Of a stretch of 64,000 nt of DNA, positions 9,738-20,388 are shown piece by piece; within the stretch, counting starts at the first letter, position 1, and each line of letters begins with the position of its first letter. The stretch is from Candidatus Omnitrophota bacterium (GTDB lineage: Bacteria > Omnitrophota > Gorgyraeia > Zapsychrales > Fredricksoniimonadaceae): assembly GCA_015233165.1 (NCBI GenBank), contig JADFYF010000002.1:14517-78516 (forward strand), given 5' to 3'. The notes under the pieces are model-generated. The model saw nothing but the letters and a program-made list of their open reading frames with translations. It was not told the DNA's origin and ran no database searches. The position numbers and the translations under genes were made by a program.

Positions 9738-11330
9738 ATGAAGATATCTACAAAAATCATTTTACTTGTAGCTGCGCTCTTGGGATTTCTTGGAGGGAAT
9801 GCCTATATTTCATGGCAGGAAATTAACAGGATTAATGGTGAGTTTAACGAGGTTGTTAAAGACGATCTAACCTTGATGGAGTCAGCCACAGCCCTGAATG
9901 AATTGCAGTTAAAGAAGGAGGTTCTCTTTGAGAAGCTGGCAAGCTCAGCGGAGGAGTTAGCCTTTGGTAATGCCAATGAAAGCAGAAGACAATATTTATT
10001 AGATTACGTTAAGGATTTGCATGAACAATTTCAAAATAACAGCAGCATGGCCAAGACACAGATTGATCAAGCGTTAAGATTATCTGAGACTTTTAAATCT
10101 TTGACCCCGATGCTTCAGAGTGTGAAACAAGCTGTTGCCTTATATGATCGGAAGGTTGATGCCATCTTTACAGCTGTTTCAGGGGCAGGATATCAACTAT
10201 CCATGGAGGATTTGGATGATATTCAAACTCAGCAAACAGCATTGGCTAAGGATCTTCAGAAGACCTTGAAAGACGTGTGGATGAAGGTGAATGCGTCCAT
10301 TGAAAGAATCAATGAGTTAAGACAAAAAAGTCAGCATGTCTTGTGGGTTAGCTTAACGTTAAGTTTGATTTTTGCCTTACTACTGGCTTCTGCCATTATT
10401 CGACGCATTCATACATCTTTGAATGTTTTAGTTCATGGAGTTCGAGCCTTGCATCAGGGGCAATTGGGTTCACATGTAGCTGTTAAGTCGACAGATGAGA
10501 TTGGTGAGTTAGCCAATGCTTTTAATGGGATGAGTGATCAATTAAAGAAGTACCAACAAGACATGCAGACAAAGAATATTGAGTTAGCAAAGAGTCTTGA
10601 TGTCACAAAAGAACAGAAGAAGGAGCTGGAGAAAATTAATAGGGATTTGGACCGCTTTGTACAATTAATCAGTCATGACATTAATGGACCATTAAGTGGG
10701 GTGATTGGCTATAGTGCGTATTTACAAAAACATAGTGAAGGTTTTGATGAGAAAACGGTCAATACGATTAATCATCTGCGTGAGTCCAGTCAGCGTTTGG
10801 ATCGCATGGTCAAAGATCTTTTGGAAATGACAAAGATTACACGGACACGCAGGCCATTTGAGAAATTAGATATAGGATTAATTGTGCAGGAGGCGGTGGA
10901 CAGGCAGAGCTTCTTGATTGAAAAAACGTCTGCGGTGATTCGTTTTCCTCAAAATTTTCCAGTAGTCATGGCAGATCGTTTGAAATTGACCGTGGTTTTT
11001 TTTAATCTGATAGGCAATGCGATCAAATATTCATCAAAAGATGGAAATAAGCCACAGGTGGATATTTCTTGGGAGACGCGTCCGGAGGATGTTATGTTTT
11101 GTATTAAAGATAATGGTATTGGGATTGCTCGTGAATATTATCAGGCTGTTTTTGATATGTTTAAACGTCTGCCTGAAGCCCAGAGCTTTGAAGGTTCAGG
11201 GGTAGGTTTGGCAATTGTTAAAGAGATTATTCATGAGCATTCAGGTCATATTTGGGTTGAATCTACCCCTGGATGCGGTGCTCAATTCTTTTTTACCATC
11301 CCGCTTGAATCCGCCAGTCGTTTAAGCTAG
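9738..11330 (+). CDS. Sensor histidine kinase (periplasmic sensor, HAMP, HisKA, HATPase_c)
   Basis: Signal/TM region, then a second TM followed by HAMP. H-box ISHDINGPL. N, G1 and G2 boxes (GNAIKYS, DNGIGI, GSGVGLAIV). Confidence 0.85.
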   Translation: MKISTKIILLVAALLGFLGGNAYISWQEINRINGEFNEVVKDDLTLMESATALNELQLKKEVLFEKLASSAEELAFGNANESRRQYLLDYVKDLHEQFQNNSSMAKTQIDQALRLSETFKSLTPMLQSVKQAVALYDRKVDAIFTAVSGAGYQLSMEDLDDIQTQQTALAKDLQKTLKDVWMKVNASIERINELRQKSQHVLWVSLTLSLIFALLLASAIIRRIHTSLNVLVHGVRALHQGQLGSHVAVKSTDEIGELANAFNGMSDQLKKYQQDMQTKNIELAKSLDVTKEQKKELEKINRDLDRFVQLISHDINGPLSGVIGYSAYLQKHSEGFDEKTVNTINHLRESSQRLDRMVKDLLEMTKITRTRRPFEKLDIGLIVQEAVDRQSFLIEKTSAVIRFPQNFPVVMADRLKLTVVFFNLIGNAIKYSSKDGNKPQVDISWETRPEDVMFCIKDNGIGIAREYYQAVFDMFKRLPEAQSFEGSGVGLAIVKEIIHEHSGHIWVESTPGCGAQFFFTIPLESASRLS

Positions 11331-11378
11331 AATAACCCCAATTTCAATTATTTAAATGCTTCATATTAATAAGGTTTC

Positions 11379-12335
11379 ATGCCTTATTTAATTCAACAAA
11401 GGTTTAAGGTCTTTATGAAGAAGTATGTGGTTGGTGTGGATGTCGGAGGCACCAATATTAAATTAGGTCTGGTTCATCCTCGCGGAGTTGTTATTGCCAG
11501 AAGTCATTTTCCTACAAAGCCTTTTAGCTCTTCTAAAAAGAAATTAATAGGTGTGTTAGCGCATGAAATTGAGAAGATCATCACCTCGCAGGGGTTAAAA
11601 GATAAAGATATCGCCGGAGTTGGGGTGGGAGTTCCAGGGTTGGTGGATTTTGATAAAGGTGTTGTTCGATTTTTGCCTAATATCCCTGGTTGGAAAAATG
11701 TTCCTCTAAAGGCAATTTTAGAGAAAAAATTAAAACTACCTGTCTATGTGGATAATGATGTGAAGTTAATTACCTTGGCTGAGTGGAAATTTGGGGCCGG
11801 GTGTGGGGTTAAAAATTTAATTTGTTTAACTCTAGGAACAGGAGTAGGCAGCGGGTTAATTTTGGATAATCGTCTTTATCGTGGATCTGCCAATGCTGCC
11901 GGAGAATTAGGGCATATGCCTTTAAATGAAAAAGGACCGGCTTGTAATTGTGGTGGGTTTGGTTGTTTTGAAAAGTATGTAGGCAATCAATCCTTGTTTG
12001 CCTTAGCCGATCAAGTCATGAAGAAATCGGATATGACAACTCAGAAGATGTTTGCTTTAGCGAATGCCGGCAATTTGAAAGCGTTGCAGTTCTGGCGTGA
12101 GGCGGCAACCCATATGGGTAATGGGTTGGTAGGGGTTGTGAATTTATTAAATCCTCAGTTGATTGTTATTGGAGGAGGAGTTTCTAACAATGAGAAATAT
12201 CTTTTTCCAACAATCAAAGAGGTCATTAAGAAAAGATCTATGAGTCTTCAAGGTTCAATGGTTAAAATCAAAAGAGCAAAATTTGGTGATGATGCGGGTA
12301 TTATCGGAGCTCAGGTCTTAGTTGATAATGCATAA
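11379..12335 (+). CDS. ROK family sugar kinase (glucokinase-like)
   Basis: VGVDVGGTNIK ATP-binding start and the ROK zinc motif CNCGGFGCFEKY. The true start may be the ATG at 11415 (MKKYVVG). Confidence 0.8.
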   Translation: MPYLIQQRFKVFMKKYVVGVDVGGTNIKLGLVHPRGVVIARSHFPTKPFSSSKKKLIGVLAHEIEKIITSQGLKDKDIAGVGVGVPGLVDFDKGVVRFLPNIPGWKNVPLKAILEKKLKLPVYVDNDVKLITLAEWKFGAGCGVKNLICLTLGTGVGSGLILDNRLYRGSANAAGELGHMPLNEKGPACNCGGFGCFEKYVGNQSLFALADQVMKKSDMTTQKMFALANAGNLKALQFWREAATHMGNGLVGVVNLLNPQLIVIGGGVSNNEKYLFPTIKEVIKKRSMSLQGSMVKIKRAKFGDDAGIIGAQVLVDNA

Positions 12336-14550
12336 AAAATATAAAATTATTTCGAGTTGTTTCTTTTATCTTCTGTTTCTGGGGGGACTTCTGATCCTTC
12401 CCTATCCTGCCCAGGCTACATCTAATCCTTACAATGAAACCGGTTTTGATATCAAGCATACTAAAATGTTTAATGTCAAACCAGATAAGGTTAATTCGGT
12501 TCAATTAGAAGCAGATCAAGTTCAGTTCTCTAAAGATAACGCTAAGGCGATTGCCAGTGGGAATGTCGTTGTTACAGCTGATAAATCCATCCTGTATGCG
12601 GATAAGATTGAATTAGAGAAGGCCATTGGCGAAGGAGTTGCTAACGGGCATGTGTATATTGATTCCAACCAAATGCAGATTGATGCAGATAGCGTAAAAT
12701 ATAATTTTAGTAAGGGGACAGGGGTATTTAAGAATGCCCGCGTATTTAATAGCCCCTTTCAAATAAAAGGAGAACAAATCAATAAGGTCTCTGAGGATCA
12801 CATGATTATGGAACATGGATTCTTAACTACATGTGATTTTGATGAACCCCATTATCGGATGTCGATTCGTCAGCTGGATATTTATCAGGGCGATAAGGCG
12901 ATCGCCAGAGGTGTCACACTATTCCTAGGCAAAATGCCTATCATGCATGTGTCTAAGTATGTTCAGAATTTAAAAGATCGTCCTATTTTTGTTGTGACTC
13001 CCGGATACAAGAAAGACTTTGGAGCCTTTTTATTAACGGAATTACGTTTGCAGCTTTCAGATCAAGTTAAACTTATTGTTCATGGGGATCTTCGTGAAAG
13101 AACAGGTATTGGAGAAGGGGTAGATGTAAAGTATACCACCCCTGATTTTGGTGCGGGTGTTTTAAGGACCTACTATGCTAATGAAAATGCGATTGCTTCT
13201 AAACATTTGTGGGATATGCGCGACAGTACCGGAATGAAAAAAGGTCCGACAATCACACATGAACTTTACAAGATTGAATGGCGACACAAGTGGCAGATTG
13301 ATAGAAATACAAGCGCTGTCTGGCAATATTATAAAGTCCACGATTGGGATTTAGCGAATATGGGCTTTATTAAAAGATATTTTCAACGTGATTTTCGTCG
13401 TGGACCTGATGTTAATACATATTTCTTATTTACCAGAAGCTTACCGAGTGGCGTTATTTCTTACCGTATTGATGCCAGTCGTGTCAATCCTGCGCTTCAA
13501 AGCATCGATCGTTTTCCTGAAATTCGCTATGATTTAAGTGGTCAAAAGCTGGGGAGTACCAATTTCTATTTAAAGACGACCGATATGTTTTCTAATTTTC
13601 AGAATTCTCAGCCGGATAACCATATGAAAACGATGCGCGTGGATACGAATAATGAAATTTCATATCCCATTAGGATTGGATTTGTGGAAACAAGGCCTTT
13701 TGTTGGAGGGGAACACACCTATTATAGTCGGACTAATAATGTGAATGAACGTTCTGTTGTTAGGGGTCAATTCAAAACAGGTATTGATTTAACGACCCAT
13801 TTTTATCGTATCTGGAATTATCATTCCAAGTTGTTTGGCGTTGAAAATAATGGTTTACGACATGTCGTCACGCCCTCAGTGAGTTATCTTTACGCCCATC
13901 GTCCTACGATTAATGCGAGTCATTTTAATCAATTTGACAGCATCGATGCTTTAGCCCAAGCTCATAGTGTCCATCTATCTTTAGAGAATAAGTTACAAAC
14001 CAAACGTAATAATCAATCGGTGGATCTCATCCGTTGGATTCTAGAGACAGACTATAGTTTACTGGGGAGTGAACCAGGGAGGAGTTTCGGGCCATATCTT
14101 TCCACACTTGAGTTTAACCCTATTGATTGGTTAACTTTTAGAACAGAAGAAAGTTACAATCATCAAGAGGAGTATTGGAATTACATCAATTTTGATGCGT
14201 ATATTCATAAAAGTGATAAGTGGAGCTTTGGAATTGGCAAACGTTTTGCTCACCACGTGGATGATCAGTTTACGACGGACTTAATGTATAAGATTAATCC
14301 TAAATGGAAATTTAAGATCTATGATCGATTCCTTGTTAGTAATGGAACGATCAAGGAAGAAGAATACATTTTGACCCGGGATCTTCATGAATGGGAGATG
14401 GATTTGGATTACCATCAAGAACGAGGCAATGGGATAGCATTCTTGGTTGCTTTTAGACTCAAAGCTTTTCCTAATATGATTTCCGGCCTTTTCTCAAATA
14501 GTTTCCATCAACCCAAAGCTGGTTCGCAGAGCACTTTACCAACAAATTAA
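12322..14550 (+). CDS. lptD: LPS-assembly outer-membrane protein LptD (OstA family)
   Basis: Signal peptide, an OstA_N-like beta-jellyroll (VQFSKDNAKAIASGNVVV...GHVYID), then a roughly 550-aa beta-barrel region rich in aromatics. Confidence 0.7.
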   Translation: MIMHKKYKIISSCFFYLLFLGGLLILPYPAQATSNPYNETGFDIKHTKMFNVKPDKVNSVQLEADQVQFSKDNAKAIASGNVVVTADKSILYADKIELEKAIGEGVANGHVYIDSNQMQIDADSVKYNFSKGTGVFKNARVFNSPFQIKGEQINKVSEDHMIMEHGFLTTCDFDEPHYRMSIRQLDIYQGDKAIARGVTLFLGKMPIMHVSKYVQNLKDRPIFVVTPGYKKDFGAFLLTELRLQLSDQVKLIVHGDLRERTGIGEGVDVKYTTPDFGAGVLRTYYANENAIASKHLWDMRDSTGMKKGPTITHELYKIEWRHKWQIDRNTSAVWQYYKVHDWDLANMGFIKRYFQRDFRRGPDVNTYFLFTRSLPSGVISYRIDASRVNPALQSIDRFPEIRYDLSGQKLGSTNFYLKTTDMFSNFQNSQPDNHMKTMRVDTNNEISYPIRIGFVETRPFVGGEHTYYSRTNNVNERSVVRGQFKTGIDLTTHFYRIWNYHSKLFGVENNGLRHVVTPSVSYLYAHRPTINASHFNQFDSIDALAQAHSVHLSLENKLQTKRNNQSVDLIRWILETDYSLLGSEPGRSFGPYLSTLEFNPIDWLTFRTEESYNHQEEYWNYINFDAYIHKSDKWSFGIGKRFAHHVDDQFTTDLMYKINPKWKFKIYDRFLVSNGTIKEEEYILTRDLHEWEMDLDYHQERGNGIAFLVAFRLKAFPNMISGLFSNSFHQPKAGSQSTLPTN

Positions 14551-14562
14551 TCAGGGGTAGGT

Positions 14563-15885
14563 ATGAATATCGCCATTGTAGGATCAGGTTATGTAGGATT
14601 AGTGACGGGGGTTTGTCTTTCCCATATTGGTCACCATGTCATTTGTGTTGATAATAATCCGGATAAAATTAAGAGTTTAAGAAAAGGGGAAATCCCTATT
14701 TATGAGCCAGGCTTGGAAGAGTTGATGCATGCCTGCATGAAAAAGAAAAGACTTACCTTCACGACATCCATCAAAGACGCTTGTCAGAAATCGTTGGTTA
14801 TTTTTCTGGCCCTCCCGACTCCGCCACGAGCTAATGGAGATGCGGATTTAACCTATATTGAGAATGTTTCTAGGGAAATTGCTCTTCATATGGATTCGTA
14901 TAAATTGATCGTCGAGAAATCTACTGTTCCTGCTCAAACAGGTAAGAAAATTATTCGTACGATTCAGTTAAATTTGCCTAAGAAGTTTAAGAAGGGAAAT
15001 AAGATTCTATTAGATTTTGATGTGGCCTCTAACCCTGAGTTTCTCAAAGAAGGATCGGCTGTTTCTGATTTTATGAATCCTGATCGGGTTGTTTTTGGTG
15101 TTGAAAGCAAGAAGGCAGAGAAAATATTGCGCGAAATATACCAGCCTCTGAAAGCCAAGATTTTAGTGACGAATACAGCGTCGTCGGAGATGATCAAACA
15201 CGCGTCCAATTCATTTTTAGCCACCAAGATTTCTTTTATTAATGCCGTCGCCCAAATGTGTGATATGGTCGGAGCAGACGTATTAAAAGTTGCTGAAGGA
15301 ATGGGTTTGGATAAACGTATCGGACGTCAGTTCCTTGATGCCGGCATAGGATATGGAGGTAGCTGTTTTCCAAAGGACGTGGACTCTTTTATTCGTTTAA
15401 GCGAAAAAAGTGGTTACGATTTTAGTTTATTAAAAGAGGTTCGTCGTATCAATGAGAAACAGTTGGATAGTTTTCTTCATTTGGTGGAAGAGAAGTTGTG
15501 GAATTTGAAGGACAAAACGATCGGTGTGTGGGGACTTGCTTTTAAACCAAATACCGATGATATGCGAAATGCCGCCTCATTGGAAATTATTGCTAAGTTA
15601 AAGGCAGATGGCGCCAAGGTTAAAGCGTATGATCCTAAATCCATGGCGAATGCTGCGTCTATGCTTAAAGGTGTGACCCTATGTGATGATCCCTACAGCG
15701 CTGCGGAAGATACAGATGCGTTATTGATTGTGACGGAATGGCCGGAATTCAAGGATGTTAATTTTATTCAGGTCAGAGATTCGATGCGTCAGGCGGTAAT
15801 TTTTGATGGTAGAAACATGTTAGATGCCGATCAGCTTAAGAAATTGGGTTTTGATTATTTTGGGATAGGAAGAGGTCGGCTGTAG
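14563..15885 (+). CDS. ugd: UDP-glucose 6-dehydrogenase
   Basis: N-terminal Rossmann motif GSGYVGL, catalytic GGSCFPKD, and the UDPG_MGDP_dh C-terminal domain. Confidence 0.85.
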   Translation: MNIAIVGSGYVGLVTGVCLSHIGHHVICVDNNPDKIKSLRKGEIPIYEPGLEELMHACMKKKRLTFTTSIKDACQKSLVIFLALPTPPRANGDADLTYIENVSREIALHMDSYKLIVEKSTVPAQTGKKIIRTIQLNLPKKFKKGNKILLDFDVASNPEFLKEGSAVSDFMNPDRVVFGVESKKAEKILREIYQPLKAKILVTNTASSEMIKHASNSFLATKISFINAVAQMCDMVGADVLKVAEGMGLDKRIGRQFLDAGIGYGGSCFPKDVDSFIRLSEKSGYDFSLLKEVRRINEKQLDSFLHLVEEKLWNLKDKTIGVWGLAFKPNTDDMRNAASLEIIAKLKADGAKVKAYDPKSMANAASMLKGVTLCDDPYSAAEDTDALLIVTEWPEFKDVNFIQVRDSMRQAVIFDGRNMLDADQLKKLGFDYFGIGRGRL

Positions 15886-17180
15886 TGAGAATTTTCAATA
15901 CTCTTAAAACAAGAATCGCTTCGAAACAGGCCAAGATTGCTGTGATAGGTTTAGGTTATGTAGGGTTGCCCTTAGCAATTAGTTTTGCCCAAAAGGGATT
16001 TAAAGTTTTTGGGATTGATACCAACCCTAAGCATATTGAGCGTCTGAATCAAGGGGAAAGTTATATTACAGATGTGAGGGGGAAGGATTTTAGTAAGTTT
16101 ATTCAATCGGAAAGCTTTGTTGTTTCGACGGAGTTTGGAATATTACATGAGGCAGATGCAGTTATTATTTGTGTGCCTACCCCTATTAAACGCAAATACA
16201 CGCCAGATGTCTCCTATATGCTTTCCGCCATCCGCAGTGTGGCGAAACATCTTCATCAAGGAATGCTGATTGTTTTAGAAAGTACCACCTATCCTGGAAC
16301 GACGGAAGAATTGATCCAACCGGAATTAGAGAAAAGTGGTCTTAAGGTGGGGCGTGATTTTCATCTGGCTTTTTCTCCGGAGAGAATTGATCCTGGTAAT
16401 AAGAATTTTGATGTGACCCAGATCCCTAAGGTTGTGGGAGGGATCACGGCAGGTTGTACAGAACTAACGACCTTGCTTTATGGGCAGGTGATTAAACATG
16501 TTCACCCCGTTTCTTCGGCCAAGGCCGCTGAGATGACCAAGTTATTAGAGAATTCTTTTCGGATCGTCAATATCGGATGGATTAATGAGATTGCGCAGAC
16601 CTGTCACAAGATGGGCATTGATGTTTGGGAAGTGATTGAGGCTGCTAAAACCAAACCTTTTGGGTTTATGCCGTTTTATCCCGGCTTAGGTGTGGGCGGA
16701 CACTGTATTCCTGAAGATCCTTTATATTTGTATTGGAAAGCCAAGCGGTATGGTGTTAATTCTAAATTTATCAAATTGGCCGCCGATACCAATGCCCATA
16801 TGCCGAATTATGTCATTCATCGCATCGAAGCGTCCTTGTCTAAGCCTCTTTCGAAATGCAAGATATTGGTTGTGGGTGTGACGTATAAGAAGGATGTGAA
16901 AGATTTGCGAAAGTCTCCGTCGATAAGACTGGTGGAGCTTCTTAAACATCAATCCCAGGTGGATTACTATGATCCCCTGGTTCCTTTTTTAAAAGTAGGG
17001 GGGATTGATTTAAATTCAGTTGCTCTTGATAGTAAAAGTGTTAAAAGTTATGACTGTGTTGTGATGGCGGTGGATCATACGGCCGTTAATTATGATTTAA
17101 TTCGAAAGAATGCGCGTCGTATTTTTGATGTCAGAAATATTTATAAAAACTTCAAAGATTCAAAAATAGAAAGGTTATAA
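15885..17180 (+). CDS. Nucleotide-sugar dehydrogenase. UDP-N-acetyl-hexosamine dehydrogenase-like (WbpA/WecC/TviB family).
   Basis: GLGYVGLPLA Rossmann motif and the GGHCIPED catalytic Cys motif. A paralogue of the preceding gene. GTG start. Confidence 0.75.
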   Translation: MRIFNTLKTRIASKQAKIAVIGLGYVGLPLAISFAQKGFKVFGIDTNPKHIERLNQGESYITDVRGKDFSKFIQSESFVVSTEFGILHEADAVIICVPTPIKRKYTPDVSYMLSAIRSVAKHLHQGMLIVLESTTYPGTTEELIQPELEKSGLKVGRDFHLAFSPERIDPGNKNFDVTQIPKVVGGITAGCTELTTLLYGQVIKHVHPVSSAKAAEMTKLLENSFRIVNIGWINEIAQTCHKMGIDVWEVIEAAKTKPFGFMPFYPGLGVGGHCIPEDPLYLYWKAKRYGVNSKFIKLAADTNAHMPNYVIHRIEASLSKPLSKCKILVVGVTYKKDVKDLRKSPSIRLVELLKHQSQVDYYDPLVPFLKVGGIDLNSVALDSKSVKSYDCVVMAVDHTAVNYDLIRKNARRIFDVRNIYKNFKDSKIERL

Positions 17181-18122
17181 ATGGCTACACAGAAAACTGT
17201 ATTGGTGACGGGCGGTGCTGGTTTTATCGGAAGTCACCTTTGCGATTGGTTTATGACGCGTGGGTATAAGGTGATTGCGCTGGACAATTTAATCACAGGT
17301 TCCAAAAGCAATATTGCTCACCTGATGAAGAATAAGAATTTTGAATTTATTAAACATGATCTTTCCAAGCCTATCCGTATTCCGGGGAAAATTGATTATG
17401 TGTTAAACTTTGCCTCACCGGCTTCTCCGATTGATTATTTGAATCTCTCCATCCAAACAATGAAGGTCGGAGCCTTAGGGACGCACAATGCGTTAGGGAT
17501 CGCGAAAGCCAAGAAAGCTGTCTTTCTTCAGGCTTCTACGTCGGAAGTCTATGGGGATCCTCTGGTCCATCCTCAAACAGAAGATTACTGGGGGAATGTG
17601 AATCCCATCGGTCCTCGGGGCGTTTATGACGAGGCCAAACGTTTTGCGGAGGCATTGACCCTAGCCTATAAGAAGGTTCATAAGATGGATGTGAAGATTG
17701 TCAGAATCTTTAATACCTATGGACCTCGGATGCGTCTGAAGGATGGCCGTGTGGTTCCAAATTTTATTGATCAGATCCTTCATGATAAGCCGTTGACGAT
17801 TTACGGTAATGGTAAGCAAACCCGATCTTTCTGTTATGTGGATGATTTAGTCGATGGGATTACCAAACTCTTATTGTCTAAAGAAACAGGTCCTGTTAAT
17901 ATTGGCAATCCTCGTGAATTTACCATTCGTGAATTTGCGGATTTGGTGATGAAAACACACGGGGGTAAGGTGAAGTTGGCGTATGAGCCTTTGCCGACGG
18001 ATGATCCCAAGCAACGCAAGCCCAATATTGCTTTGGCCCGTAAAACATTGGGTTGGGAACCTAAGATTCCTTTAGAACAAGGAATTCAATTAACGATGGA
18101 CTGGTTCGCTAAGAACAGTTGA
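17181..18122 (+). CDS. uxs: UDP-glucuronate decarboxylase (UDP-xylose synthase)
   Basis: Extended [13 protein letters not shown], and [11 protein letters not shown]...[11 protein letters not shown], which is characteristic of UXS enzymes. It follows ugd, consistent with UDP-GlcA to UDP-Xyl. Confidence 0.8.
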   Translation: MATQKTVLVTGGAGFIGSHLCDWFMTRGYKVIALDNLITGSKSNIAHLMKNKNFEFIKHDLSKPIRIPGKIDYVLNFASPASPIDYLNLSIQTMKVGALGTHNALGIAKAKKAVFLQASTSEVYGDPLVHPQTEDYWGNVNPIGPRGVYDEAKRFAEALTLAYKKVHKMDVKIVRIFNTYGPRMRLKDGRVVPNFIDQILHDKPLTIYGNGKQTRSFCYVDDLVDGITKLLLSKETGPVNIGNPREFTIREFADLVMKTHGGKVKLAYEPLPTDDPKQRKPNIALARKTLGWEPKIPLEQGIQLTMDWFAKNS

Positions 18123-19948
18123 TTAATCCAAAATCGATCTATATCCTGGGGTTATCCGCATTTTATCATGATAGCGCTGCTTGTCTGATCAAAGACGGTT
18201 GTATTGTTGCTGCAGCTCAAGAAGAACGTTTTACCCGCAAAAAACATGATGATTCTTTTCCTACCCAAGCAGTAGCGTATTGTTTAACGTATGCAGGAAT
18301 AACAATAACAGATATTACCTATGTCGCTTTTTATGAAAAGCCTTTCATTAAATTTGAGAGATTGTTATTAACGTATTTATCTTATGCCCCTGAAGGGGTT
18401 TTGTCATTTCTTAAGGCCATGCCTGTTTGGCTTAAGGAAAAGATTTTTATGAAGTCCTTGATTCAAGCGAAGCTTGGGTATTCGGGAGATATTATATTTC
18501 CCGAACATCATGAATCTCATGCTGCCTCTGCTTTCTTCCCATCACCTTTTAAAGAGGCTGCGATTATCACTTTTGATGGAGTAGGGGAGTGGACTACGAC
18601 GAGTTGGGGATGGGGGAAGGATAATCATATTGAATTGGCCCATGAGATTCAATTTCCTCATTCGTTAGGACTACTTTATTCAGCATTTACTTATTACCTT
18701 GGGTTTCGTGTTAATTCGGGTGAGTATAAATTGATGGGATTAGCTCCGTATGGGCAGCCAAGGTATACAGATATTATTCGTCGGGAATTAGTGGATATTA
18801 AAGAAGACGGTTCCTTTCGACTGAATATGGAGTACTTTAATTATCCTGTTGGTTTGACGATGACGAAGGAGCGTTTTCACCAATTATTTGATATGTCTCC
18901 TCGAGAACCAGAGGGTGAGTTAACACAGAAGCATATGGATATCGCTGCGTCCATTCAGCAGGTGACCGAGGAGATTATGCTTAAGACAGTCCATCATGTG
19001 TATAAGGAAACAGGATTGGATCATTTATGTTTGGCTGGCGGAGTTGCTTTGAATTGTGTGGGCAATGGCAAGATTTTAGAACAAACACCTTTTAAGAATA
19101 TTTGGATACAACCTGCGGCAGGAGATTCCGGTGGCGCCTTGGGGGCAGCTTTTTTTGTCTGGCATCAGTGTTTAAAACAGGCGCGTCAGACGGATGGCAT
19201 CAATGATGTCCAGCAAGGATCATTGTTAGGTCCGGATGTTAAAGAAGGTGTTAAAGAATTGGCAGATAGTCAAGGTTGGATTTATGAGTATTTATCCGAT
19301 GATGTTTTGCCCGGTCGTATTGCGGATTTGGTTGAGCAGCAGAACGTGATAGGGCTTTGTCAGGGGCGTATGGAGTTTGGCCCCAGAGCCTTGGGCTCCA
19401 GAAGTATTATTGGGGATGCCCGCTCAGAGACAATGCAGTCGATCTTAAATCTGAAAGTTAAATTCCGTGAGTCCTTTCGTCCTTTTGCTCCAGCGGTGTT
19501 GCGTGAACGTGTCAGTGAGTATTTTGATATGGATTGTGATAGTCCGTATATGCTTTTAGTAGCTCCAGTGCGTAAGGAAAAACGTTTGGATGATCACGCA
19601 GGGGATACTTTGTTTGGAATTGAAAGACTAAGATTCAAACGGTCTTTGATTCCAGCGGTCACCCACGTCGATTATTCCGCGCGTGTTCAGACAGTGGATG
19701 AAAAGCGTAATCCTGTGTTTTATCGGATTATCAAAGAGTTTGATCGAAGGACAGGCTGCGGTGTTGTGATCAATACCTCTTTTAATATCCGGGGCGAACC
19801 TATTGTGTGTACAGCCGCAGATGCGTATCGTTGTTTTATGTGTACGGATATGGATTACCTGTTGGTAGGACAGTATCTTTTTGAACGTCTTAAGCAACCG
19901 AATCAAGGGAAATATCGTAAGGAAGATATTACAACACTTCTGGATTAA
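18119..19948 (+). CDS. NodU/CmcH family carbamoyltransferase
   Basis: 609 aa. N-terminal [12 protein letters not shown] (ASKHA fold) and a C-terminal carbamoyltransferase (YrdC-like) domain. TTG start. Confidence 0.85.
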   Translation: MINPKSIYILGLSAFYHDSAACLIKDGCIVAAAQEERFTRKKHDDSFPTQAVAYCLTYAGITITDITYVAFYEKPFIKFERLLLTYLSYAPEGVLSFLKAMPVWLKEKIFMKSLIQAKLGYSGDIIFPEHHESHAASAFFPSPFKEAAIITFDGVGEWTTTSWGWGKDNHIELAHEIQFPHSLGLLYSAFTYYLGFRVNSGEYKLMGLAPYGQPRYTDIIRRELVDIKEDGSFRLNMEYFNYPVGLTMTKERFHQLFDMSPREPEGELTQKHMDIAASIQQVTEEIMLKTVHHVYKETGLDHLCLAGGVALNCVGNGKILEQTPFKNIWIQPAAGDSGGALGAAFFVWHQCLKQARQTDGINDVQQGSLLGPDVKEGVKELADSQGWIYEYLSDDVLPGRIADLVEQQNVIGLCQGRMEFGPRALGSRSIIGDARSETMQSILNLKVKFRESFRPFAPAVLRERVSEYFDMDCDSPYMLLVAPVRKEKRLDDHAGDTLFGIERLRFKRSLIPAVTHVDYSARVQTVDEKRNPVFYRIIKEFDRRTGCGVVINTSFNIRGEPIVCTAADAYRCFMCTDMDYLLVGQYLFERLKQPNQGKYRKEDITTLLD

Positions 19949-20343
19949 TGATGGATCAACAACAGCAAAAACAACTAAAAGTGTTTGGCTATGGGATGCC
20001 TTTAATCTTGGCGTTCCTTGGAGCGCGGCATGGTTTTAAACATCAGTGGGATGTGTTGAGTTTTATTTTATTCATGGTTGCCATTATTCTTCTTGGGATA
20101 ACTTTAGGAAATAGATCGTTACTTGAGGTGGTATTTAAACATTGGATGAAGATGGTTCATGCCATCGGAGCTCTGGTGACGGGGATTCTTCTTATTGGTC
20201 TATATTATTTTCTTTTTACACCAGTTGCTTTTATATTAAAGTTAATGGGAAAAGATTTTATGAAGAAGAATTGGCAAGATAAGAAAGATTCCTACTGGAT
20301 GGTCAGAAGCCCTTCATCTGACGCATATACACGGCAATTCTGA
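19948..20343 (+). CDS. Small polytopic membrane protein, SxtJ-like. Frequent partner of carbamoyltransferases.
   Basis: 131 aa with 3-4 predicted TM helices. It lies immediately downstream of the carbamoyltransferase and overlaps it in an ATGA pattern. Confidence 0.4.
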   Translation: MMDQQQQKQLKVFGYGMPLILAFLGARHGFKHQWDVLSFILFMVAIILLGITLGNRSLLEVVFKHWMKMVHAIGALVTGILLIGLYYFLFTPVAFILKLMGKDFMKKNWQDKKDSYWMVRSPSSDAYTRQF

Positions 20344-20388
20344 AAATGAAGAATCTTTGAATATAAAGAAAACTGGAGAATAAGAATT

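Noticed and set aside
11017-11205. 62-aa + strand ORF inside the histidine kinase gene in another frame
   Set aside because: It is wholly internal to a well-supported kinase CDS containing the HATPase_c motifs. Spurious.
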